Below, piece by piece: positions 19,015 through 28,351 of a stretch of 40,837 nt of DNA. The DNA lies in assembly GCA_964556795.1 (NCBI GenBank), contig CAZKWZ010000001.1, positions 50,912 to 91,748 of the forward strand. The letters run 5' to 3'. The first letter of the stretch is position 1; every line of letters starts with the position of its first letter. The translations under genes were made by a program, and so were the position numbers. The notes below the pieces were generated by a model, which did not search any database, had not been told where the DNA came from, and was given only the letters and a program-made list of their open reading frames with translations. The stretch is from an uncultured Gammaproteobacteria bacterium. GTDB taxonomy: Bacteria > Patescibacteriota > Microgenomatia > UBA12405.

Positions 19015-19678
19015 AAAACTATTAAAGAGTTATGGTTTTAAAAAAATTTTTTTAGCTGGGATAATGGAGATATATCGTAAATTGTGGTTAGAACTAATCA
19101 ATAACACATATTCGCAAAATGGAGAAGATAAAATCGTTGAAAAAATATTTCCAGTAAATTATGTTGGTAAATACATGGAGATTGGAGCTTATCACCCATC
19201 AAGATTAAGTAATGTTTACAAATTTTACAAAAAGGGTTGGACGGGAATTGTAGTAGAACCTAATCCTGAGGTAAAAGATTTATTTAATAAACTTAGGCCC
19301 AAAGATAAGTTTTATAACCTTGGGATAAGCGACAGAAAAGGCACAATAAACTATTATCAATTTTTAATTCCCGCTTTAAATACATTTTCAAAATATGAGG
19401 CGGATAAAAATATTAAAAATGGACACAAATTAGAGAAAATTATTAAAGTAAAAACCAAAATAATTACCGACCTAGAAGAAACAAATATTGATTTTTTATC
19501 TGTTGATACGGAGGGTTTTGACGAAAAAATTTTAAAAAGCTGGAATTGGAAAAAATGTCGGCCAAGAGCGGTATGTGTAGAAAAAAATAATAAAGAAATA
19601 TTGGGTTTTATGCAAAAAGTTGGTTACAAGCTATGTGAGGAAACAAGATATAACTGGGTTTTAGAGTTGAATATTTAA
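18992..19678 (+). CDS. FkbM-family methyltransferase
   Basis: YMEIGAYHPS, IVVEPNP, GISDRKGTINYY, IDFLSVDTEGFDEKIL. The track start at 18965 is TTG; the first ATG is at 18992. Confidence 0.75.
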   Translation: MKRYLEIKKLLKSYGFKKIFLAGIMEIYRKLWLELINNTYSQNGEDKIVEKIFPVNYVGKYMEIGAYHPSRLSNVYKFYKKGWTGIVVEPNPEVKDLFNKLRPKDKFYNLGISDRKGTINYYQFLIPALNTFSKYEADKNIKNGHKLEKIIKVKTKIITDLEETNIDFLSVDTEGFDEKILKSWNWKKCRPRAVCVEKNNKEILGFMQKVGYKLCEETRYNWVLELNI

Positions 19679-21210
19679 TAATATATTTCGAAATTCCGGG
19701 AATCTCCTAAGGGGCACAAAAATTTATTCTTTTTATCTAAACAGTTTATTTCCAAATTTTTTGACATATTAGTAGACAGAGCGGCGGTATGATCATCTAG
19801 ATAATCCCATGGTAAAAAGTTAATTATTTTATCCGGGAAAAAGAAGTTATATTGTTCTTTGTAATGCAGACAATTAAAATTCTGAGCATTATAGTTTGAT
19901 AAATAAACAGTAATTTCACCGGGAAATTTTTCTTTTTTCATTAGATAAATTAGATGCATTGATAAATAGTCCTTGGCACCACGCCAGTCACCATAGTCAT
20001 TTATATTTATTTTTTGGAAATAAAAGGAATAAAAACAAACTTGAATAATATAAATTCCTATAAGAAATTGGAAGATTAGAGATAAAATTTTGGGGACTGA
20101 TTTTGACAGAAAAGATATTGTTGAAGCAACAAAAGGGAAAAGCACGGGTAATAGCGGCATTAGACGATGATCACCGTTTATAAAGTCTGTAACCGCACTA
20201 TTAGTAAAAGGTATTAGAAGTAAAAGATACATCATCAAAAAAAAGAAACTACGATTTATTTTGTACAAATAAATGATTCCCAAAATAAATAAAATGAAGA
20301 ATGGAAGGGAAAGAAGAGGTTGGTGATCAAAGTAATGACTGGTAGTAGAATTAAAGGCTATAACTTTGAGGGAATCGATATATCTACTAAATAGTGTTGG
20401 AAGGCCAAGATAGCTTGAGTCTAGACGGCTAAGATTCAAGAATATATCAATATTTGTATAAAGTATCCTCGGACCAAAACCAATGATAATCATCAAAATC
20501 GAAAGAAGAATTTTTTTTAATATAGTGAATATGTTTTTAAAAGAGATAAGTTTAATAAAAAGGATAGGGATAAGAATTAAGCCAATTATTTTTACGGAGG
20601 CATGAAAGTTAAAAGAAAAACCAATAAGAAAAGCCAGATAAAAATATTCCTTGGGATAACGTATGGTTCGATAGGAAAAATAGATTAAGAGAGTAGTTAT
20701 GAGACTACTAAAAATAACTACAGTTTCGGTTCGACTGTAAAAGATGTGAAGTGGGTGGCAGGCTAATAAAAATGAAGACCAAAAGGCAATAGTCGAATTG
20801 GTAAATGAATTTAGTAAAAGGTAGAGCAAAACAACATCCAAAACGCCAATAATCGCGGTGGGAATTCTGTAAGAATAGACAGAGTTTTTAAAAATATTAT
20901 AAAAAAAGCTGTTAAGAGTAGGAATAATAAGACCGTGGCTATTGTATCTGCCATAACCAAAGATATTGTCTACCTCCCCACTGGCAATTTGCATAGCGTC
21001 AAAAGCACCATCCCGAATTTCATCGCCTACGGCAACATATGGATAGGTTTTCAGAAACAAAAAATTTACAAATATGGAAACAATGAAAAGAAGGATAAGT
21101 TTAATTTTGGCATTTTTAGATAAATGAAATTCATGTTTGTTGACGAAAAAATAATGAGTAAACAAGGCAAATAATATGGAAAGGTGGATGATTAAAATCA
21201 ACCACATCAT
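19675..21210 (-). CDS. polytopic GT-C-like glycosyltransferase (ArnT/PMT, GT39/GT83-like)
   Basis: 511 aa with more than 10 predicted TM helices. Asp-Glu in the first loop (VAVGDEIRDGA). C-terminal soluble part. Confidence 0.7.
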   Translation of the reverse strand: MMWLILIIHLSILFALFTHYFFVNKHEFHLSKNAKIKLILLFIVSIFVNFLFLKTYPYVAVGDEIRDGAFDAMQIASGEVDNIFGYGRYNSHGLIIPTLNSFFYNIFKNSVYSYRIPTAIIGVLDVVLLYLLLNSFTNSTIAFWSSFLLACHPLHIFYSRTETVVIFSSLITTLLIYFSYRTIRYPKEYFYLAFLIGFSFNFHASVKIIGLILIPILFIKLISFKNIFTILKKILLSILMIIIGFGPRILYTNIDIFLNLSRLDSSYLGLPTLFSRYIDSLKVIAFNSTTSHYFDHQPLLSLPFFILFILGIIYLYKINRSFFFLMMYLLLLIPFTNSAVTDFINGDHRLMPLLPVLFPFVASTISFLSKSVPKILSLIFQFLIGIYIIQVCFYSFYFQKININDYGDWRGAKDYLSMHLIYLMKKEKFPGEITVYLSNYNAQNFNCLHYKEQYNFFFPDKIINFLPWDYLDDHTAALSTNMSKNLEINCLDKKNKFLCPLGDSRNFEIYY

Positions 21211-22901
21211 TTGGTAGTTTTCTCAAAAAGAATAACACTGGGGTGGTCATAAACTGTAAAGGCCTCCTCTGCTGTATCATCACGAAGATAGATTCCTGGA
21301 TAAAGACAATTATTATCTTTTTCGTACCAATAGTTTTTAACACCTGGATAATTGCTCGGACCAAAGTAATAACAGGATTTTAAAAAAGGTAAAGTAAAAC
21401 CCGGATAGGAAACAAATTTTTTTATAAAGGTAAAATTTGTTTTTTCAGAAAAAAGGTTTTCATAAAATTTTGAGGCTAAGGGATATTTATCCGGAACCCG
21501 GGGAATCGAAGCCCAGAGGCGATTGCTCGACATAATCATAAAATCTATCTCAGATAAAGAGTTATTGATTTTTGTCCATTTTTCCGAAGTGTCTGGATCA
21601 AAAAAGGCTAGGGAAATATTTTTATAGTTGGAATAACCTACCGGTAAAGCGTCATCCCAATATTCACTACTAAGAACTTTAAAGCTAGGAATATTGTTGA
21701 TAATCCAAGCAGAAGCTTGGACCCGAGAAACTGGATGAGCATAGATAGAAAGGAAAGCAAGGGCATATAAAGACATTAAGAAAAATATGGTTATAGATAG
21801 GCGTTTACCAACTTTAAAATAAGCGATTAATGCGGCAAAGAGCAAAGATAAAAAAGGATAAATTGGTAAGAGATAACGCATAGCATGGACATATTGGATT
21901 GATTGATAAACAAAAAGAAACAATACCCAAACGATAGCGATTGATATCGAATTAAGTTTTATCTTTATTTTTTTAGAAAATAAGTAACGAAAAATTAAAA
22001 ATAAAAACGGGATAGAAAACGGGAGACCAAAACCCCAAATGAAAGTATTTTTAGTAGCGTTTAATAAGGGGAGACGATTAATCCACTGAACACCCGGTGG
22101 GTAATATATGTTGGGATTGGAATAATTTGCCAGTGTTTTAAGGTTGTTTACAAAAACCGGATTAATCCCAAAGGGACCAATAAAGGCATAGGGCTGAAAA
22201 ATTCTAAAAACTATAAAAGAAAAAATCAGACTTAATATGATCTTGGGGATAAATGATGTTCTATCTTTGGTGTCTAAAAATAATTTAAGTAGAAATAAAA
22301 ATATAATTGGGGCAAAATAGATGGCAGAAATTTTACAGGACATAGCTAGACCAAAAGCCAAAAACGCAGGAAAAAATAGATTATAGGAAAAAAGAGTAAA
22401 GGTCAGTAGAATAAAAAAATTCAAAAAAGTGTCAACTGCATAAAAATGTGATAGCTGGATAGGGAGGACTAAAAGAGCGTAAATGATGGATGGGAAATAT
22501 TGATATTTATTTTTTAGAAATTTAGAGGCGATAAAATACAACAAAATGACATTTCCGGAATCAAAAAGAGCTGAAAGAATCCTACCAACAATGGTGATTT
22601 GATTGTAATTGTCCCAATTAAAAATTGTAACCAAAATTTTTGTTAAAAATATAGGAAAGGTACCATAAACATAAAAACGATATTGTGAATAGTTGAACGG
22701 ATTTAATGGTGAGGAGGCAGTGTCAAAATACTGAGAAAAGGACGTGGGTAGTTTTATATCATTAGTAACCATCGTTAAAAATCTTTCGTCAGGGTGAAGA
22801 TGATTGTTCGAATCCCAATTAAGACCATAGATTCTCAAAAGAAAGGCAACAACGAAAATAAACAGAATTAAAAATAAATTTTTTTTAGAGTAACTTTTCA
22901 T
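21207..22901 (-). CDS. GT-C glycosyltransferase, family 39-like
   Basis: 564 aa, polytopic. First-loop motif GLNWDSNNHLHPDERF. C-terminal AEEAFTVYDHPSVILFEK. Paralogue of the next gene. Confidence 0.8.
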   Translation of the reverse strand: MKSYSKKNLFLILFIFVVAFLLRIYGLNWDSNNHLHPDERFLTMVTNDIKLPTSFSQYFDTASSPLNPFNYSQYRFYVYGTFPIFLTKILVTIFNWDNYNQITIVGRILSALFDSGNVILLYFIASKFLKNKYQYFPSIIYALLVLPIQLSHFYAVDTFLNFFILLTFTLFSYNLFFPAFLAFGLAMSCKISAIYFAPIIFLFLLKLFLDTKDRTSFIPKIILSLIFSFIVFRIFQPYAFIGPFGINPVFVNNLKTLANYSNPNIYYPPGVQWINRLPLLNATKNTFIWGFGLPFSIPFLFLIFRYLFSKKIKIKLNSISIAIVWVLFLFVYQSIQYVHAMRYLLPIYPFLSLLFAALIAYFKVGKRLSITIFFLMSLYALAFLSIYAHPVSRVQASAWIINNIPSFKVLSSEYWDDALPVGYSNYKNISLAFFDPDTSEKWTKINNSLSEIDFMIMSSNRLWASIPRVPDKYPLASKFYENLFSEKTNFTFIKKFVSYPGFTLPFLKSCYYFGPSNYPGVKNYWYEKDNNCLYPGIYLRDDTAEEAFTVYDHPSVILFEKTTK

Positions 22902-24336
22902 ATTGATTGATGTTTAATGGCTGGATTTTTTTGTAAAGACGAATGGTAGGACGATCAAAAACAGACCAAGTTTCTTCGGCATTTTCTGGATTTAAAAACA
23001 GATCCGGAATGGGAGAAAATTCCTTAATTTTTTCAAAGCCTAAACTGCCATTAAAAAGATTCTGGTAATACTTATAATCATAATTCATAAATACCCGCCT
23101 AGAAGGAATGATAATATAGTTTGAGGTGGTCAGGGCTTCACTTAGTGTTTGGGGATTGTATTTATAAAAGTCATAATTAATTATATTTAGGTGATGGGTT
23201 AAGACAGGAATATCAACGACATTTCCTGATTCTGAGAGGATTGCAGAGTCAGGTGGTAAATTTTTAACCAGGTATTCAGAAGCCAAAAATCGAGAATCGG
23301 GAACAAAATAGCGAGTAAGGAAGAATAAACCAGGGATAATAGCAATGATTAACAATTTAGGAAAACGTTTTATAAATATTGTAGCCACCAATGGAATAAC
23401 AAAAAATAAGGGGGACATAAAACGAGTCCATTTGACATATAATTGTCCAAAATACAGGAAATAAACTAAACAAGTAGAAAGGACTATCCAAAAAAATTTT
23501 TTATTTTTTATTTGATTGGTTTGAAATTGAAAAAGTGAAATAAGAGCGAAAACGATGACCGGTAAACCTATGGTATAGGGAAAGATTTTCGTAATTTGAA
23601 ACAAGTAGGGAATAGTGTGTTGAAATTGAGCGGTGTAAAAAACCGGCAAAGAACCGTTGGCGACAGTAGTTTCATAATTCATTGCAGAAATAAAATCAGG
23701 AAAAGAATATATGCTATATGGGGACAAAATAATGGCATATAAAGCTGAGAAAAGGGCATAGGGAAATAGACACCAAAACCTAGTTAACAAAGCAGCAAAA
23801 ATGATTGGCAAGGCAAAAACGGCTCCGGAAATTTTCGTAGCTATGGCAGCACCAGTACACAATGCAGCAATAAAAAAGTAACGTAAGCGGGGACGTTCTA
23901 AAATTAGTTTGGTTAAATAAAGATTGACAGAAAAAATAAAAATCAAAAGACTTTCGGTTGTTCCAAAATGAGCCAACTGAATTAAACCAGGAGTAAAGAT
24001 AAGCAAAATAACAAAAGAAAGCTTGGAGTATATTTTATAAAAAAAATAGAGAGAAGCAACTGAAAAAAAGGCAGAGTAGAAACGTAATATAAAAATAGAA
24101 TTAGCAAAATTATTATCAAGTCCAACAGCTTTAAGGGAGTAATAACCCAAATATAATGGGAATTGGCCATAGGAAAAAAAATGGGGATTTAGATTATTTG
24201 AGTTAAGTTGGGAGATAGAAACGGCCATATTATTTTCATCAGGATTGAAGAAATAATTACTGCCCCAATTAAGGCCAAAAAATCTAGTGAAAATTGCCAA
24301 AATAACTATAAGGAGAACTCGATATTTAAAGGACAT
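22885..24336 (-). CDS. GT-C glycosyltransferase, family 39-like (paralogue)
   Basis: 483 aa, polytopic. GLNWGSNYFFNPDENN. C-terminal AEETWSVFDRPTIRLYKK. Confidence 0.8.
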   Translation of the reverse strand: MSFKYRVLLIVILAIFTRFFGLNWGSNYFFNPDENNMAVSISQLNSNNLNPHFFSYGQFPLYLGYYSLKAVGLDNNFANSIFILRFYSAFFSVASLYFFYKIYSKLSFVILLIFTPGLIQLAHFGTTESLLIFIFSVNLYLTKLILERPRLRYFFIAALCTGAAIATKISGAVFALPIIFAALLTRFWCLFPYALFSALYAIILSPYSIYSFPDFISAMNYETTVANGSLPVFYTAQFQHTIPYLFQITKIFPYTIGLPVIVFALISLFQFQTNQIKNKKFFWIVLSTCLVYFLYFGQLYVKWTRFMSPLFFVIPLVATIFIKRFPKLLIIAIIPGLFFLTRYFVPDSRFLASEYLVKNLPPDSAILSESGNVVDIPVLTHHLNIINYDFYKYNPQTLSEALTTSNYIIIPSRRVFMNYDYKYYQNLFNGSLGFEKIKEFSPIPDLFLNPENAEETWSVFDRPTIRLYKKIQPLNINQYEKLL

Positions 24337-25231
24337 ACATGATAGTAATCATCATCAAACCCCAAATTAAAACAGCCCCTAATAGAGGGATATCGGTAGC
24401 AATCACCCTTTCAGGTCTCTCCCCTTCCTGCATCTCAAAAATAATCTGACCATATCGCATGATGCCAAAGATGACAGGTAAAAGAGTAATCATCCACCAC
24501 TTACGATCAAGAGCTGATGGATAATTATTTAACAAAAATTGATGAATAATACCCTCAAATTTAATTGGTTCAGCTAAAAATGTAAACATGGCATAACTAA
24601 TCAAAGTACAAACTGCAAATATAGTGGTATAAAAACTAAGTAAACTTTTGTTATAACCCTCAAGTGCTTTACGGGTAATTTTACCGGTATTATACAATTC
24701 ACTTCGACGTTTACCGCTAGCGATAAAGAGAGACAAAAATATGACAGCTAACATTATCCAAACCGGGAGATGATAACCAGTAGCAACTTCGCCAGCATAA
24801 GTTCGGATAATAAAAAACAAAGCAATTCCCATGATATCTAACAGAGCCTTCTTTTTTATAAAAAATGTGTAAAGATATTGCATCAAAATAAAAATAATGG
24901 AGATAATAAAAAAGGTTGAATTTATGGAATAGGCAATAAAAAGACCGAGAATTACAAGTAGAGCTGAGGTTAAAATGGCACTATTTTTATTTACTGCACC
25001 CCTAGCAAGAGGACGATTTTTTTTTATTGGATGAAGGCGATCTTTGTCGACATCAATTAAATCGTTAATTAAATACGATGATGACGAGAGAAAGCAAAAA
25101 CATATAAATGCCCAAACACTCGAGGAAAATACCCGTTCATTAAATAATTGTCCGGTTAAAATTGCCGCGGCAAATAAACTTAGGTTTTTTATCCATTGAT
25201 TGGGACGAAGAGCTTCAATTAGTGCTATCAC
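24326..25231 (-). CDS. UbiA-superfamily polyprenyl-phosphate phosphoribosyltransferase-like protein (decaprenyl-phosphate 5-phosphoribosyltransferase type)
   Basis: 301 aa with about 8-9 TM helices. N-terminal RPNQWIKN and Asp-rich motif NDLIDVDKDRLHPIKKNRPLARG. GTG start (cac at 25229..25231), 1 nt after the upstream stop. Confidence 0.8.
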   Translation of the reverse strand: MIALIEALRPNQWIKNLSLFAAAILTGQLFNERVFSSSVWAFICFCFLSSSSYLINDLIDVDKDRLHPIKKNRPLARGAVNKNSAILTSALLVILGLFIAYSINSTFFIISIIFILMQYLYTFFIKKKALLDIMGIALFFIIRTYAGEVATGYHLPVWIMLAVIFLSLFIASGKRRSELYNTGKITRKALEGYNKSLLSFYTTIFAVCTLISYAMFTFLAEPIKFEGIIHQFLLNNYPSALDRKWWMITLLPVIFGIMRYGQIIFEMQEGERPERVIATDIPLLGAVLIWGLMMITIMYVL

Positions 25232-25232
25232 A

Positions 25233-26267
25233 CTACAATAATATCAAAAATCCGAATAAGGTGATGATACCACCAATAATAGTCAAGACCTGTGATGGGA
25301 AATCGACACCGGATTCAGGCAAAATAATTCTAGTGGGGCTAGGACCTTCGGCGATAACGAGGGTAGGAACTGGAGTATTGGTTGGAGGCACTGGTGTAGA
25401 AGTCGGACTTGCCTGACAGGTACAATCGGTTTCATTAGGACATGATGGATTTCGACAGAAACCACTATGACAAAAGAGATCTGAACCACAATTGATATTG
25501 GAACCACAGGTACCTCCACAAGCATTAGGTGGAGATGTGGTTGGAGTTGGAGTGGGAGTATTGGTTGGAGTAAGAGTCGGAGTCAAGGTTGGGGTAGGGG
25601 TAGGAGTGGGAGTATTGGTTGGAGTAAGAGTCGGAGTCAAGGTTGGAGTAGGGGTGGGGGTGGGAGTATTGGTTGGAGTAAGGGTAGGAGTCAAGGTTGG
25701 GGTAGGAGAAGGACCACGAGTGGGACTGGGGGTTACCGAAGGAATTCTGGTAGGGGTTGGTGATGGACCCCGGGTGGGAGTTGGTGATGGGGTACGAGGA
25801 GTTGGAGTATTTGAAGGATGATGAGGAACTGGAGTATTAGTGGGATTACAATCAGTACAATTGTTTCCGGTACAAGCACAAAGTCCATCACAACTAGCAC
25901 CTTGACCAATTGTCCAGACACCGTTATTACAGTGACATCTTTTGTAACCACTGGGCATAACATCGGGACATTGGGCAACACATTGAACACCACCAACAGT
26001 ATAAATACATTGGTTTGTTCCAGGAATTGGATCACAGGCACTATATCCACCAGCTTGATGGCAACTCTTGTATCCTGAACAATTATATCCACCTGAAGAA
26101 CCGCTGAGGGTATTACATGAAAGCTGACCAACACCGGAACAAGCGCCATAATGGGCAGCTTTATTACGATTATCCTGATTAGTTTTGGCTAAAAATACTC
26201 CCCCAATTAAAGAGAGTAATAAGAACAATAAACTTAATATTCCATATCTTTTTCCGTATCTTTTCAT
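25233..26267 (-). CDS. Cys-rich / Pro-Thr-repeat cell-surface protein with LPESG-type C-terminal sorting-like signal
   Basis: Signal/TM helix; Cys-rich N-terminal domain (about 20 Cys); residues about 141-247 are almost pure P/T/S; a second Cys-rich module ([22 protein letters not shown]...); C-terminus [30 protein letters not shown]. Confidence 0.8.
   Translation of the reverse strand: MKRYGKRYGILSLLFLLLSLIGGVFLAKTNQDNRNKAAHYGACSGVGQLSCNTLSGSSGGYNCSGYKSCHQAGGYSACDPIPGTNQCIYTVGGVQCVAQCPDVMPSGYKRCHCNNGVWTIGQGASCDGLCACTGNNCTDCNPTNTPVPHHPSNTPTPRTPSPTPTRGPSPTPTRIPSVTPSPTRGPSPTPTLTPTLTPTNTPTPTPTPTLTPTLTPTNTPTPTPTPTLTPTLTPTNTPTPTPTTSPPNACGGTCGSNINCGSDLFCHSGFCRNPSCPNETDCTCQASPTSTPVPPTNTPVPTLVIAEGPSPTRIILPESGVDFPSQVLTIIGGIITLFGFLILL
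25552..25713 (-). repeat. 3 x 54-bp in-frame tandem repeat encoding ([18 protein letters not shown])x3
   Basis: Units at 25552..25605, 25606..25659 and 25660..25713 (plus strand gtgggagtattggttggagtaagagtcggagtcaaggttgg...). Units 1 and 2 differ at a few bases; unit 3 is more diverged. Confidence 0.85.
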
Positions 26268-27559
26268 TTTCGGTAATAATATAAAGATACACTAAATAAT
26301 AGCGAAGATAAAATAACTAAGAAAAATGTTGGTAGAGTTACACCACTTTGATATAAAGATGAGGTAGTTGATGGTTTAGCTACTCTTATGGTTGGAACTC
26401 TTGTGGGAGGAATTTTGGTAGGAGGAATAGCTGTGGGAACTGATGTTATTTTGGCGGTTGGTTGGGCTTTTTTAGTAGGAAGTGCAGTTGGGGTTTTAGT
26501 AGGTGTTTTAGTTGGAATGATGGTTGCCGAAGGGGTAGCGCTAAAGGATAAATAACTATCGCTGACTGAGACTGAAAATTTTCTGGTAATAGTTTTGTTT
26601 TGATATGTTAAAACAAGGTTATGCAATCCAGAGGATAAATTAGTGGATGGGGACCAGTGCCAGGTATTGTTTGAAGGAACTGTGATATTGTAGCTACTAT
26701 TATCAAGTGCTAGTTGAAAAGTAACACCAGCTGGACCCTGACCAAAAATATCTGGTTTGGCGGTGTTAAGTGTTTCAGAGTCTTTTGGACTAGTAATTGT
26801 GAAACTGACTGCTGAAACGGCGGTACCAGCTCCAAGATCAGTAGAACTTTTTGGTGTGGTAGGAATTGCAGAAAAATTTTTTTGACCAATGATTATGTCA
26901 GGCACAGGGTCATTATTGTCGGAACGATTGGTAATTTGAGTTAGCTTGGCATCAGGGGAATAAACGATTATATCTTCGTCAACCGGAGTGGTGGGGTTGA
27001 ACCAGTCAGTTTTATTCTCATTAAAACTGGTAGCAAAAGAGATATTCCAATTGCCATCTTTATTGGAAAAAGCCGAAAGGGCTTGCCCACCGGGAATTGT
27101 CAAAAAGACAATTGCGCCAGAAACCGGTTTGAGACCGGAATCCAAAATTTTTCCCCAGGCAAGATTTGAGTCGGGAATTGGGGAATTTGGTTTTAAGGTA
27201 GTAGTCAAAACATATTCCGGAGGAGAATAGGTAACACTTCCTGAAATTAGGCTAAATTTATATGTAGTAGTCGGTTTAAGATTGTTAATTTTAAAATAAT
27301 GGGTATTGGAAACCGTTGAGGAATCTTGGTAAATCCGTCCATCAATTGAAAGAGTGGCTAAACAAGATGTGGCAGTAGTTAAAAATGAAAAATCAAAGGA
27401 TCCATAAGTCAAATTGGCTATTTGAGGATTAACAGGTTCACAACTACCACTAGCTTTGGTAGAAAGTGAGGTGGTTCTTGAGGAAAGGTAAATGCCAGCA
27501 GCTAAGATAGTCAGTAGCAAAATTATTCCCAAGATAGTTGGGAAACGTTTCTCTTTCAT
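26264..27559 (-). CDS. multi-domain cell-surface protein (FN3-like, carboxypeptidase-regulatory-like and Ig-like modules, P/T/K-rich stalk, C-terminal anchor)
   Basis: N-terminal TM/signal. FN3-like [30 protein letters not shown]...DGNWNISF (CarboxypepD_reg-like). Stalk [20 protein letters not shown].... C-terminus [31 protein letters not shown]. Confidence 0.75.
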   Translation of the reverse strand: MKEKRFPTILGIILLLTILAAGIYLSSRTTSLSTKASGSCEPVNPQIANLTYGSFDFSFLTTATSCLATLSIDGRIYQDSSTVSNTHYFKINNLKPTTTYKFSLISGSVTYSPPEYVLTTTLKPNSPIPDSNLAWGKILDSGLKPVSGAIVFLTIPGGQALSAFSNKDGNWNISFATSFNENKTDWFNPTTPVDEDIIVYSPDAKLTQITNRSDNNDPVPDIIIGQKNFSAIPTTPKSSTDLGAGTAVSAVSFTITSPKDSETLNTAKPDIFGQGPAGVTFQLALDNSSYNITVPSNNTWHWSPSTNLSSGLHNLVLTYQNKTITRKFSVSVSDSYLSFSATPSATIIPTKTPTKTPTALPTKKAQPTAKITSVPTAIPPTKIPPTRVPTIRVAKPSTTSSLYQSGVTLPTFFLVILSSLLFSVSLYYYRK

Positions 27560-27765
27560 AAATTAGTTTCTTGCCTCTTTTCAATTTCATCCAAAACCTG
27601 CGTGTCCAGATTGGGTGAAACTGAACGAATAAGTGGGCTATTTTTAGCTTCGGTTGTAGCTTTCATCAAATTGTTATAACTTTGTTGAACTACAAAGAAA
27701 AATATAGCTAGAAAGGTACAAATCCCTAAAAATACAAAATATTGTGATAATTTATTTTTTAACAT
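27556..27765 (-). CDS. small single-pass membrane protein (69 aa), hypothetical
   Basis: One TM helix (YFVFLGICTFLAIFFFVV). Overlaps both neighbours (14 nt and 4 nt) in the same operon-like string. Confidence 0.5.
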   Translation of the reverse strand: MLKNKLSQYFVFLGICTFLAIFFFVVQQSYNNLMKATTEAKNSPLIRSVSPNLDTQVLDEIEKRQETNL

Positions 27766-28351
27766 CCGGCTTCCAAAAATAAACCTTTAAAGGTAGGACT
27801 ATATTGATTTGGCCAGGTTGATCTTCGTTGACGGAGAAGGTTATACCATCAATATTGATTAGACGTCGATTTTGTAACAAATCGGAAAATAAAGCTACAG
27901 CTGACTGATAACTAGTACTGGCATTTAAATTGGTAGTAAAGTAATTTTGATCTTTAATAACGTAGTTAATTTTTGGAAAAGAAATTTGGCGATTATTTGC
28001 CAAAGAAATTATTTGGGAGTTAGCATGATAAAAGCGGGGATTAAGGGGTAAACTGGATTCAACTAGGGAATACCTTTCCTGAACTTGTGAGAAAAGATCC
28101 TGGGCAACAATAACGTCGTTAATTTTTGTCTTGAGCTGAGTACTTAACAATTTTTTTGAATTTATATCACCAATTAGGGCAGAAATGGTTAAAAATGTAG
28201 GTTTAATGGCAAAAAGGACAAAAAAGGAAATCAGGAAAAAAGTGGCACCAATTTCTACTGATTTGACGATTTTTTGATTCTCGCGCTTCTTTTGGATATA
28301 TTCCAAAAGCGGAGTGGCTTGAGAACTGAGACTATTTAAATTTAGGTTCAT
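27752..28351 (-). CDS. pilO: PilO-like type IV pilus alignment-complex protein
   Basis: Architecture is short cytoplasmic N-terminus, one TM, a coiled coil, then an alpha/beta domain. Segments SLPLNPRFYHANSQIISLA and SYQSAVALFSDLLQNRRLINIDGITF resemble PilO. Lies directly after the pilN-like gene (ATGA overlap). Confidence 0.55.
   Translation of the reverse strand: MNLNLNSLSSQATPLLEYIQKKRENQKIVKSVEIGATFFLISFFVLFAIKPTFLTISALIGDINSKKLLSTQLKTKINDVIVAQDLFSQVQERYSLVESSLPLNPRFYHANSQIISLANNRQISFPKINYVIKDQNYFTTNLNASTSYQSAVALFSDLLQNRRLINIDGITFSVNEDQPGQINIVLPLKVYFWKPDVKK

Noticed and set aside
25552-25713. CRISPR-like regular repeat
   Set aside because: The units are directly adjacent with no spacers, are in frame, and encode a Pro/Thr stalk. 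No cas genes are present.
25492-25821. Plus-strand ORFs rich in Gly-Val ([16 protein letters not shown]...), together with the overlapping ORFs 25283..25525, 25733..26149 and 25818..26078
   Set aside because: They are antisense or alternate-frame shadows of the Pro/Thr repeat region of the 344-aa surface protein. The low-complexity repeat keeps several frames open. The minus-strand frame with a signal peptide, Cys-rich domains and a C-terminal anchor is the coherent gene.
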